Below the pieces are notes generated by a model that saw only the letters and a list, made by a program, of their open reading frames with translations, made no database searches and was not told the DNA's origin. A stretch of 64,000 nucleotides of DNA from Marsupella aquatica (taxonomy: Eukaryota; Plantae; Marchantiophyta): assembly GCA_973895155.1 (NCBI GenBank), contig OZ316893.1, positions 6,348,963-6,412,962 on the forward strand. Reading direction: 5' to 3'. Both the position numbers and the translations under genes were made by a program. Of the stretch, positions 50,776-61,883 are shown piece by piece. Position 1 is the stretch's first letter. Each line of letters starts with the position of its first letter.

Positions 50776-51717
50776 TCCGGTGAAGACTAGTGTAGGGACT
50801 TGCTTTTTATGCACTACGGATTGGATGTTAGTACCGACGAAGGCACCGTTGGTACCATAGTGGGCTAGGGTTTTTCACAGCGTGTGTGTGCCGCACGCTT
50901 TAGGTTAGTTTATCTCTTAGATGTTTTTTGGTGGCGCCGCTAGGGTTGCCGCCGTTGTTGCCACTCCGTGAGGGGTGCTTTGGTGTTTTTTTCAGTATTT
51001 AGGGGGGAGCCCCGTAGTGAAATGGGGGGGAACTCAGTCTAGTGTTTGCTTAGGGAAGTTAGCTCATAGCCAGAGGAGGGAATCAAGCCAGAGTAGTGAG
51101 GTAGAGGTGTAGCACTTGCCCCAGTGAGGCAGGAGTTGGGCAGACGGCAGGAGGCCGGTTGTCCTTGCAATGTGTTACGACGTTTTGCCAAAAGATATGG
51201 ATTTGGTTTGATTCCTCAAGTTTTGGTGTGGTGTTGCCTTTTCTGGTTCACGATTGTATTCTTTCCCCAAGAAGTGTCTAAGGAATCCTTGCACGGTTTG
51301 GTCAACCATGTGAGTAGGAGGGGTGGTGACAACACTCCACCAATGACCAGTAGGAGTGTGTGTGTGGCGTAGTCCATGGGACTTGATCAAAAGCAGAGTG
51401 GCTAGTCGGTAGACTTGATCAAAATTTACATTTCCAGGAGCAAAAATAAACATACTCATCCTACATGCAATAGAATCCTAATAGCGTCCCTCCACGTTCC
51501 CGTCATACGATAACAAACGATTTTAGTAGGAGTAAATACGTATTTGTCGTGTAAATCGTTTGATAAGCAAGTGACACTTTGCTTTTGCATTTTTATTTTA
51601 TTTTGGAAGAAAAAGTTGTTTTGTTGTGAAAACTATATTGTTGGGGAGAGCAAGGATGTGGAGGGTGAAAGCGAGTGCAAGAGAAATGATGGACCCGGGT
51701 GCTTTGATACTATTGGG

Positions 51718-51845
51718 AGGGGAATATTTTAATTTTTTCTCTCCCCATTTTTCCTAATCTGGTTTTACTACATTGCCATTGTTTTATGACATAATACATA
51801 CATTGCCATGGTTTTTTCTATTTAGCACTATGCCATGGATTTTGC
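51718..51845. mobile_element. Possible Mutator-like terminal region
   Basis: G-run start followed by spaced (A)TTGCCAT/ATGCCAT motifs typical of MULE TIRs. Partner TIR not found in the window. Confidence 0.3.
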
Positions 51846-52934
51846 TTGTGGGGTTACAAAAGTAACCCGAGTTAAGTTTTCAGGATCTTACGGCTGTAGC
51901 AACTCCGTATGCCCAGATCGAATGGCTACTCGTGCCCTCATCTTCATTGGGACCACCCTCGGATCCACTTACATACGGGTGGGTCGGCTGTCCTCGTGGT
52001 CGATCTTGCTGCCCCCGTGGTCGATCTTGCTACCCTGCCCGACTGTGCACCTAAGGACCATGTTTGGCCAATCGACTACAATTCCAGCTCCCTATGGGAG
52101 CCGTGGCCATGAGCACGCCTTCGCTCATACCCAAATTGTAGCCTCAATCCCCTGCCAGCCCGCACATAGGCCTCCCCATCGACCCCAATTTCAGCTCCCT
52201 GTGGGAGCCTTGGTCGCGGCCGCGCCTTCAATGTGGACCCAACTTGTCGATCGATGCCCCCCTATGTAGCCAGCAAGCACATAGGCTGTTGAGCATAGAC
52301 GACGATCGCAACGGCAAGCCCATGAACCATCCAACGCACAATAGTCGACACAAGAGATACGTGGTTCACCTCCTTGAGGCTACGTCCACGGGAACACACA
52401 AGAGAGCTTTACTGAACTCTAAGCCCGTCGGCTATACCGAGTCTCCACAGTGTAAGCTCTCCCTATCTCTCAAGTGGCTCCATAACAATGAGCCTTGGTT
52501 CTACCTCTCCAAGCACACATGCCTCTTATGATATAGTGTGCAACTTAGTTGTACCTAACCACATAGTTGTACCTAATCACGTAGTTGTACCTAACCACAT
52601 AGTTGTACCTAATCACGTAGTTGTACCTAACCACATAGTTGTACCTAATCACGTAGTTGTACCTAACCACGTAGTTGTACCAACCCACGTTGTTGTACCA
52701 ACCACGTCATACCTAACCTAGACGTAAGAGTAAATACCCAACAATCTTCCCCTTGACTCTGGTCTAGGGGAGAGTAATACTGCCAATGTATATGATCCCT
52801 CAGCGGGAAGTTCTGGACAGAAACCAAACCGGTTTCCCTCTCTAACTAGAGCAAACCAGAACTAAGCCGTAGCCTAATACATAGGAATGAGGAAGAGCAT
52901 ATATCAGTAATTACAATGAATGTTTAAGAAAACT

Positions 52935-55900
52935 CTACTTGTGATGCAATTGCAAAACCTGCAATACGTCACGGTGTCTAGAGAAACTCTCCAAAGGAAT
53001 CACTTTGGTAAATGCGTCAACCGGGTTGAGTTTACCATCAATCTTGACTAGCTCAAACAAATTATCAGACACAGCCTGCCTGATAAAATGGTACCTGACG
53101 TCAATGTGCTTCACTCTGCTGTCCATCACCTGGTTCACAGCAAGGTGGAGCGCACTTTGACTATCACAATGGAGCTTCACATTCCCCTGTGGCAATCCCA
53201 TTTCAGTGATAAGTCTATCCAACCAAATCGCTTCCTTTGCTGCTTCCGCAGCTGCAACATACTCCGCTTCTGTAGTAGACTGAGCAATACACTTCTGCAA
53301 AGTAGACCTCCAACTTATGCATCCACCGCCAAGTGTGAACACGTATCCTGTTGTTGATCTCCTTCGGTCCAAATCTTGTCCATAGTCAGAATCTACATAG
53401 CCAATCAATGATCTAGCATTCTTTGCATTCGCATCAAATAAAAGACCATGATCCACGGTACCCTTCAAGTACCTGATAATCCACTTCACTGCTTCCCAGT
53501 GTACCTTCCCTGGATTCGACATGTACCTGCTCACCTTGCCCATAGCCATGGCAAGATCAGGTCTAGTGCAAGTCATCAAATACATGAGACTCCCCACTGC
53601 CTTGTCATATGGAACCTTTGACATCAACCCCTTCTCTGTGTCATCCGTAGGACAGAACGCTGATGATAACTTGAAGTGTGGAGCCAACGGGGTACTTACT
53701 GGCTTGCTATTCTCCATGTTGAACCTTGCAATTACCTTCCTCGCATAACTGCTCTGCGTCAACCATAGCTTGCCAGCCTCCAAGTCCCTAGTGATCTCCA
53801 TACCCAAAATCCTCTTAGCTGGCCCTAAGTCCTTCATCTTAAACTCTGCACTAAGCAGTGCCTTGAGCTTAACAATCTCAGACCTATCCTTGGCTGCAAT
53901 TAGCATGTCATCCACATAAAGTACTAAAACAATGAACCCAAAGACAACATTCTTCACCGGTTTCAAATACACACAAGGGTCAAATACACTTCTGTGAAAA
54001 CCTTGTGACCGAATCCAATCGTCAAACCGCTTGTTCCACTGTCTTGGTGACTGCTTCAACCCATACAAGGATTTCAGCAATCTGCAAACCAATTCCTCCT
54101 GTCCTCTCTTCACAAAACCTAGCGGTTGTCTCATGAAGATCACCTCTTCCAATGTGCCATAGAGGAAAGCTGTGACAACATCCATCTGATCTAGGAGCAG
54201 ACCAAACATTACAACAAGTACACACAATAGTCGTATTGTAGAGTACTTAGCAACTGGTGAGAAGACCTCATTGTAATCCACACCTTTCTCTTGTGTGAAT
54301 CCCTTTGCTACCAATCTAGCCTTGTAGACCTTCGATCCACCTCCTATGGAATTATCCTTCAGCTTGTAAATCCACTTGCTGTCCACCACTTGCTGACCCT
54401 TAGGCAGCTTAACAAGCTCCCAAGTTTTGTTGTCCTTTAGTGACTGCATCTCCGTTTGCATTGCTGCAGTCCACTTCTGCTTCTCTTTTGAAGCACTTGC
54501 CTCATGAAATGAAGAAGGTTCTCCTTCTTCCAAAATTAACGCATCACCCTCATCATCAGCTGTAAAATCATCCTCTTGCAGTTGAGATGAATCAACCCAC
54601 TGTCCATACCTTGATGGAGCGCGTACAGTGCGACCAGATGTTCTTCTAGCCGATGACTCTGGTTGATCTGCGTGTGCTGGTACAATTTGAAGCTCAACAG
54701 CATCCACTTGTTGCTCACCAGCATCAACAAACTCCTCTGGTTCCTCTGGCACAGGAACCAGCTCCATAATTGGAGCAACTCCTTCTCTCCGGTCATGCAC
54801 CTCATAACCAATCTCCTCCTCAACGAGATCCGGGATAGGAGATTTTCCTTTGTCAGTACGGGAGACCTGAGTATTCTCCCCCTCCTTCAATAATCTGGAT
54901 TCATTGAAGGAAACATCCCTACTGACAACGAGCTTACAGGCAATAGGATCCCATAGCCTATAGGCTTTCACACCACTCTGGTACCCAAGAAAAACACATT
55001 TCTTGGAGGTAGGATCCAACTTGGTCCTATTCTGCTTTGGTGTGAGAGCATATGCATCACTTCCAAAAATTACCAAGCCATGATAGTCTGCTTGCCGCTT
55101 ATAGCGCATCTCAAACGGCGTTTTGAAATTGATAGCACTAGAAGGAGAAAGATTTACCAAATAAGCTGCGGTATTGACAGCTTCTGCCCAAAATTCTTGT
55201 GGTAAACCTGATTGGCTCAACATACTCCGTGACCGCTCCAACAATGTCCGATTGAGCCTCTCAGCGACACCATTCTGCTGCGGAGTATAAACTGTGGTAA
55301 GATGGCGAGTTATCCCCTGTTCTGAACAGTACTCTTCAAATTCCATTGAAGTGTACTCCCCGCCGTTGTCTGACCTCAGACTCTTCACCCTTGTATCCAA
55401 ACACTTGATCGTGTTTCCAGTCTGATTCTCCACCTGGGCCTTCCACTTCTTAAAAATGGACAAGACATCAGACTTATGCGTCATGAAATAAATCCACACA
55501 AATCTTGAGTAATCATCAATAAATGATACATAGTACAACTTTCCAGAGTGTGAGGGAGTCGGGGATGGACCCCACACGTCACTATGTATGTACTCAAGAA
55601 CCGCTTTGGAACGATGAGTTCCAACACCAAAAGCACGACGATGCTGCTTTCCAAGAATGCAATGCTCACAAAACTCTAATTTACAAGATTGCAAATCAGA
55701 AATGAGTCCATTCTTCCGTAAGATAGCCAAACCCTTCTCACTCATGTGGCCTAGCCGTGAATGCCACAGTTGAGTCATCTCCTCGTGAGACTTGGTTACA
55801 TTGGCCTCTCCACATACAGTATTGCCCTGTAACACATACAAATTCTTTTGTCTACTCCCCTTCAAAATCACTGTCTCTCCCGACCTGACTTGAAGTTCAC

Positions 55901-56207
55901 CATCAATAACGCTCCATTGATGACCATTTGAATCCAACACACCGAGTGAAATCAGATTCTTACGCATGCCAGGTACATACCTGACTCCGGACACTGTGCG
56001 CACAGCGCCATCAAACATTTGAATCTTCACAGACCCAATTCCCTCAATTTGACAGGAGTGATCATTTCCCATCAGAACTGAACTGTTTGAAACAGAGTAA
56101 GAACTGAAAAACTCACGAATGTAACAAATATGAAAAGAGCAAGCACAATCAAGAATCCACACATCATCTGCTCTCCTAGATGACGTGCACAGGGCATACC
56201 CCCGGCT
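52935..56207 (-). CDS. pol: copia Pol (PR-IN-RT-RNase H), in frame with gag after a single TGA
   Basis: WILDCACSFH (PR); WHSRLGH/CEHC, HSDVWGP, RSDNGGEY and QQNGVAER (IN); KARLVAKG and LYVDDM (RT); YVDSD and EAEY (RNase H). Confidence 0.97.
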   Translation of the reverse strand, partial: SRGYALCTSSRRADDVWILDCACSFHICYIREFFSSYSVSNSSVLMGNDHSCQIEGIGSVKIQMFDGAVRTVSGVRYVPGMRKNLISLGVLDSNGHQWSVIDGELQVRSGETVILKGSRQKNLYVLQGNTVCGEANVTKSHEEMTQLWHSRLGHMSEKGLAILRKNGLISDLQSCKLEFCEHCILGKQHRRAFGVGTHRSKAVLEYIHSDVWGPSPTPSHSGKLYYVSFIDDYSRFVWIYFMTHKSDVLSIFKKWKAQVENQTGNTIKCLDTRVKSLRSDNGGEYTSMEFEEYCSEQGITRHLTTVYTPQQNGVAERLNRTLLERSRSMLSQSGLPQEFWAEAVNTAAYLVNLSPSSAINFKTPFEMRYKRQADYHGLVIFGSDAYALTPKQNRTKLDPTSKKCVFLGYQSGVKAYRLWDPIACKLVVSRDVSFNESRLLKEGENTQVSRTDKGKSPIPDLVEEEIGYEVHDRREGVAPIMELVPVPEEPEEFVDAGEQQVDAVELQIVPAHADQPESSARRTSGRTVRAPSRYGQWVDSSQLQEDDFTADDEGDALILEEGEPSSFHEASASKEKQKWTAAMQTEMQSLKDNKTWELVKLPKGQQVVDSKWIYKLKDNSIGGGSKVYKARLVAKGFTQEKGVDYNEVFSPVAKYSTIRLLCVLVVMFGLLLDQMDVVTAFLYGTLEEVIFMRQPLGFVKRGQEELVCRLLKSLYGLKQSPRQWNKRFDDWIRSQGFHRSVFDPCVYLKPVKNVVFGFIVLVLYVDDMLIAAKDRSEIVKLKALLSAEFKMKDLGPAKRILGMEITRDLEAGKLWLTQSSYARKVIARFNMENSKPVSTPLAPHFKLSSAFCPTDDTEKGLMSKVPYDKAVGSLMYLMTCTRPDLAMAMGKVSRYMSNPGKVHWEAVKWIIRYLKGTVDHGLLFDANAKNARSLIGYVDSDYGQDLDRRRSTTGYVFTLGGGCISWRSTLQKCIAQSTTEAEYVAAAEAAKEAIWLDRLITEMGLPQGNVKLHCDSQSALHLAVNQVMDSRVKHIDVRYHFIRQAVSDNLFELVKIDGKLNPVDAFTKVIPLESFSRHRDVLQVLQLHHK

Positions 56208-57242
56208 TCATAAAACATACTCATCATTGAGTAAATCAGCTTCTTCATCAGCCCTAGCCACATTTGCCGATGAAGTTTCCGCTGCCTTTCCCTTACAGTC
56301 TCGCTTGAAGTGTCCAACTTGGTTGCACTTCCAACATGTCACCTGCCTCCTCTGAGGGGATTTACCCTTGGACTTAGATCTGGATTTAGATCTAAACTGG
56401 GTTCTACGGTCCCCAGTTGGTCGCTGCATACTCCTCCCACGGTTAACATTGAGGGCAGCACCAGATGATGAAGGCTGTGACGTGATGTGCATCTTCTGCT
56501 GAAGATCATCACTAAGCAGAGAACTTACCACGTCATTGTATGAAATGGTATCCCTATCACGATGCAACAACACTCGTGATAGGGACTGGTAAGATGGAGG
56601 CAATGAACTAAGAAGCTGCAGAGCCTTCGTCTCATCATTCAAAGTCTCCCCAAGGTTTTCCAAGTCAACGACCATGTCGTTGAAAGCATCCACATGGTCT
56701 TGCAACTTTGTACCAGATTTCTTCATCCTGAAACTCATCAGTTTGTAGGAAGTGTAGAGCCGGTTCGACAACTCCTTGCGGTGATACTTGCTCTGCAATT
56801 CCGCAAACAAGGACATGCAATCCTTATGTGCACCTAACTGCTTGATGATGGGAGGCATGAGATAGAGTGTAACACACCACACTCCCTGCTCCTGCATGCG
56901 GTCCCATTGTTTCTCATCAACATCGTCTTCACGAGGGCTCAGCAGTTGGCCCATCCCTGACGCATAAAGCACTCCCTTCACCTGCTTCTCCCATAGCAAG
57001 TAGTCAGAGCGCCCATCATACTTTGTCACTTCATACTTGGGTCCCCCAAGCTTGAAAGTCCCCATCTTCTTCTTTACCGTGAGCTCCGGTAGTAGTACTG
57101 CTTCCTCCACCACACGCCGCACCGGTGATGGTATCGGTGTCACGTGCTCTTCCTCCTGCTCCTCTCTCTGCCCCTGAAACCTCCGCGGTGATCCTCGTGC
57201 TTCAAGTTCCACGTCTTCAAAAAACTCCTCCGAATCACTCAT
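56208..57242 (-). CDS. gag: copia Gag with CCHC zinc knuckle
   Basis: LLSSLPPSY (UBN2-type gag) and CWKCNQVGHFKRDC. Confidence 0.95.
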   Translation of the reverse strand: MSDSEEFFEDVELEARGSPRRFQGQREEQEEEHVTPIPSPVRRVVEEAVLLPELTVKKKMGTFKLGGPKYEVTKYDGRSDYLLWEKQVKGVLYASGMGQLLSPREDDVDEKQWDRMQEQGVWCVTLYLMPPIIKQLGAHKDCMSLFAELQSKYHRKELSNRLYTSYKLMSFRMKKSGTKLQDHVDAFNDMVVDLENLGETLNDETKALQLLSSLPPSYQSLSRVLLHRDRDTISYNDVVSSLLSDDLQQKMHITSQPSSSGAALNVNRGRSMQRPTGDRRTQFRSKSRSKSKGKSPQRRQVTCWKCNQVGHFKRDCKGKAAETSSANVARADEEADLLNDEYVL

Positions 57243-59402
57243 ATGAGAGAGTCACAAAAAATGTTGTTTTTCACAACTTCTTAAAAAACTCGAAACTCAA
57301 CACCGCCGCGTAGCCCACAAAGCTAGGAGTCCAATACTGAAAACCAAAATCAAAATCAAAATTTGACGGAAAAGTTATTCAAATTTCAGTCGAGGTGGGT
57401 AAAACCTTTGGAAACTCCCCCGTTTTGACCACCTCAGGGAATAACCGAAATACCAAGTACAACCCGTTGTCGGAATTGCGATGTGATTGGTGCGCTGCAT
57501 TGCCAACTTCAATGGCTACGACCTCGCCGAAAAATAACCAAAAAAGTTATCGTTCGGCGGATGAAATCTTTGTCGGACGGTCAAAAAATAGCTCTCTGGT
57601 TTTTTGGAATATTCTATGACCCTTGTACAGGCCCTGTGGGAATTTTGGAAGAACAATCGAGGGGCTGACATGTGTCCTCGAACCCCCAAAACCCCCTACC
57701 ACCCTTCGTCGTCGAAATCTGGTCGCGCGCGCAGAAAATACACACGGTAGAATGTACCCCTCGACACCAAACGCAAGATATCTCACTCGGGTTTTGACGA
57801 AATCAAGATCCGATTTCAGATTTGGAAACTAGACTCCGAGGCGATGAAGATCGATATAAGAAGCACCCAAAACGAGGAAAGAACGAGGGAGAAAAAAATT
57901 GGTAAAGATGACAGATTTCTCTCAATTGCCATAGCCAATTTCGAATCAGTTTTTCAAAGAGAAAAAAATGGTATCTTGTCAACAACGAATGTTGATCAAT
58001 TGCACTTGGTGCCGTCACCAAGTCCAACAAGGTAATTGATTTTGCTTAGCCTTCCTCTTTGCATCAAAGAGCCAATCCCGGACTCAAAAACAATCGTCTT
58101 GCCTCAATCTCTCCGTTGAGTCAAAACACTTGACGCTTCTCCCTCCGAGTCGATTGCCAACTTTCTTCACAAAATCCAGAACGACGAAAACTTAGATCTC
58201 TCTGCACCACGAGCTCCATTCAACGATTTCTTCACACCGTTAGAAAGCTCTTGCCCTGATCTATCCGTTGAGCCCATAAACTCCAAGTTCCATGCGATGG
58301 AACTCTGGAAAATCCACCAACACTCAACGCTGGAAAAACCGTCATGAAATCCCGTCACGAACACACGTCACCTCCCAAGCATGCTCTGATACCAATTGTT
58401 GAGCATAGACGACGATCGCAACGGCAAGCCCATGAACCATCCAACGCACAATAGTCGACACAAGAGATACGTGGTTCACCTCCTTGAGGCTACGTCCACG
58501 GGAACACACAAGAGAGCTTTACTGAACTCTAAGCCCGTCGGCTATACCGAGTCTCCACAGTGTAAGCTCTCCCTATCTCTCAAGTGGCTCCATAACAATG
58601 AGCCTTGGTTCTACCTCTCCAAGCACACATGCCTCTTATGATATAGTGTGCAACTTAGTTGTACCTAACCACATAGTTGTACCTAATCACGTAGTTGTAC
58701 CTAACCACATAGTTGTACCTAATCACGTAGTTGTACCTAACCACATAGTTGTACCTAATCACGTAGTTGTACCTAACCACGTAGTTGTACCAACCCACGT
58801 TGTTGTACCAACCACGTCATACCTAACCTAGACGTAAGAGTAAATACCCAACATAGGCAACCACGAGTATGCAAATTTCTGGGCACATTTGTGCATTTTC
58901 TGTTGCAGAGGTTGTTCTTGCATCAACGCTGCCAGCCCGCCTGCAAATGCCCGACTTGAACCTGGCAATGCCTGAATCACACATTGAAGGCACGGAAGCA
59001 GCGTCCGCCATAGCCAGGAGTTGAACGGAAGCTTGGAACGATTGTGCATGACATGTGTGTCTTTCTACATCCGGCACATCTTCTCAGTAGCAGTGCTGTA
59101 GGGTTAATTGGACCATCAATCCGAGCCAAAACTCTCCATCACCAAGGCATTGTTGTTATCGTTAGGTGAAGCACTTCTCTTTTCATTTGGGCATTTCATC
59201 TCAGTATCTCTGTAGTTGGCATCATACATCAATTGCAGGGACAGGTGCAATTATCGACCCTTGCTATGCTAGCATTACTGCCAAGGAGGAGTGTATGAAT
59301 CCATGAGCCACAGTGAGGACTTGCACATTGAAATCTGCTTTTGCTTCTCGTTTAAGCTATATTGTGTTGCTCTGCTGAATTTTTGCACTTTGAATTACAA
59401 TT

Positions 59403-60033
59403 TTGCAGAGCCTAGTGCAAATGGCATTTGCTGAGAAGTTAGTCATAGCTAAGGATGCCCTTGCTGGAGTGATGTGGTCTGCGGTTGTTATCATGTTTGA
59501 GGGCGTGTTCTGGTCCTTGTTAGGACTCCTAAGTGAGTGCTTCCGCTTCTTGCATGAGATGCTAGAGCGAATCATTGCACTTGCCCATCCTCCAGCAAAT
59601 ACACCAGTGTTGAACAATGAACATGGACATGTAGTCCATCAACCAGAGCTTGAGCATTCTGCTGGACAGGTCCCCCGTCCTCTCCCTGAGGCATGTATAG
59701 CTGCATCAATGCTTCAACTGAACGAGGGACCTCAAGTACTCAAACCCCACTCTGCACAACAATTTCCGATTGTGCATCAGCGACGGGCTGGGATAGTGGA
59801 TTCTACATTGTCAAAAATTGGAGACCTGCAACAATATACTTGTACATAGCAATGGATTTCTACATTCCAGGAAGAGATTATATGCTGTGGCTAGGGGTCG
59901 GAACCCTGGTTTGTATGAATGTTGGGAGGAGGCTTTGCAGCAAGTATCAGGCTATAGTGGCAACAAGCATAAAAGCTTCACATCCAGACATGAAGCAGAG
60001 GAGGGGCTTCGCTTCCACATTCATGCCCAGTGA
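59403..60033 (+). pseudogene. Frameshifted ORF ending in an RNase H1 N-terminal hybrid-binding (Cauli_VI) domain
   Basis: LYAVARGRNPGLYECWEEALQQVSGYSGNKHKSFTSRHEAEEGL matches the YAV..GR.PG.Y..W..C..QV.GY....K.F....EA pattern. The upstream 59403-59849 ORF overlaps in another frame. Confidence 0.8.
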
Positions 60034-61585
60034 TAGACTATGTTCAGGATAAAGCACTAGGGTATACCTAGTATGGTACTGATCAGTACAATAGCAATGA
60101 TTCGATGACCTAAAGCTTTCAACACAAATTTTCCACTCAAGAGCTCTTCAAAACAGCTACCTTCATGGCCATGTGCATGGAAGCTATTTTTGTATAGTCA
60201 TGTATCAATTAAAATGACATTGAAACAGCAATTGTGGGTTAGTTGTTCTATCCAAAATCTCACTGCTTGATGAAATTCAGAGGAAACTTCTTCTCCATAG
60301 TGATTGATATCGATTATCATTATATATTACAGTCAAAATTTGACCTAGTACAGAATTGTGGCCCTACTTATGTTGCAACACATTAGCTAGCAACTTGGAA
60401 TAGAACCCATTTTGACTATCCATTGGATTATTGAAGTCTACATCATTTACTTGTGAGAGTGCTACATCTAGGACCTCCTGTGAATGCAACCTTGTGACTG
60501 AATCCCTGACTTCATCATCTGAGATGTAGGCTTCTTTCCTTGCAAAGACTGCATCAACCCTAAACTCTTCATCCTCATCCTCAATGTCTGAGTCTGCTCT
60601 AAGACTATCCTCATACTCTGAGTTGTTGTTGGAGATGTTCTCCACTTCATTGTCATGGTTTGACTCATCTTCGTCGCTGTAGTTTGCTATAGAGAACCAA
60701 AAGAACTCTTTTACGTCTCTAAACTCGGTATTCGTTCCCGTTAAGAACAAGATTGGGTTGGTTTGATGTAATAAACTAAAAATAAAGCTTTAAGCTATTG
60801 TGTCACACATAGTAATCAATCTTGACTACTTTAATTAGGTACTTTGAAGATCGCTCTACAGCGATGAGCAGTTTTTGATGATAACTCAACATCATATAAC
60901 CATCAATTAATCAAAAGGTTGCAATTAACAAAACACAAGGAAAAATCTCTTAGAGTATGCTTAAGGGAGTTTGGAATATACCAAGGTTACTCCTTAGACA
61001 TAAGCAATAATGGAATGACTTTAAGGGAATTCAAATCCACACAGCTTTTCAGATCTAAACTGCATACTAGAGTATCCTTTTAAAATGCCGGCAACATGTC
61101 TTGACCTTTCTTCCTAAGTGATACTTAGTCAAGATCTAAAAGGATAAATACTTCAGCATTTAGATGGTACTAAGCAACATGAAGGTGAAAACATCATTTC
61201 CAATGCAACTTAAACTCAATGGGTTAACTCTAAGAACTTGTGAGATTACAATGTGTCACCAAAGCGGAATCTGACATTATAATTCACGAGATTCATAACT
61301 GAGGTTTTACTTCAAGTATTTGGGTTCCAAAATACAAGAAGAAGGTAAGTCCCTCCTAGGATTGCCTGCTCTGAACTTCAAAAAGTCCAAAATCACAAGG
61401 ACAACACCAAGGGGCGACAAGTCATGTCTGACTTACTTACTTCTGTTTATTAGTAGTGGAAGATACTTATAGTGAAAAACATCGAGGAAAAACCCTTGGG
61501 GGTTGAAGAGTCATGACCCTTCAAAAAGTCAAAAATGAAAACCAAGTATGAAAAGGTCTAAAACTAACTAAGTTAAGTTTACCGT

Positions 61586-61660
61586 AGTATCGTAAGATCG
61601 TAATTCGTAAAAGCGTAGGTTCGTAAGATCATAAGATCGTAAGATCGTAAAGTCGTAGTT
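61586..61660. repeat. Short ATCGTAAG-type tandem repeats
   Basis: TCGTAAGATCGTAA...AAGATCGTAAGATCGTAAAG visible directly. Confidence 0.7.
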
Positions 61661-61883
61661 GCGAAAACTTAACGATAACCCTAAACTCAGCAAACTAAAG
61701 TATTTCTAACTTTCTAACTACAATCCAAAGTGATTGAGACTTTGCCAATGTGTTTTCCTATGTATAAGCTGTCTACTGAAAAAGACTTGATGAGTTTTGG
61801 AATCTTAAAACATGTCTAATAAAATCGAGCGGGGTACAGTAACTGAAACTGCCTCTGACACTTAACAAAATTGCAGGTCTGCT

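Larger units (their letters stand above)
52287..58853 (-). mobile_element. Full-length young Ty1/copia LTR retrotransposon
   Basis: 457-bp LTRs at 52287-52743 and 58397-58853 (TG...CA, no differences seen). TSD TAGGC; PBS TGGTATCAGAGC; PPT AAGGGGAAGA; ~9 copies of an 18-bp repeat inside each LTR. Confidence 0.98.

Noticed and set aside
52488-52721. VVPNH-repeat ORFs (also 58598-58831)
   Set aside because: They are translations of the 18-bp repeat inside the LTRs.
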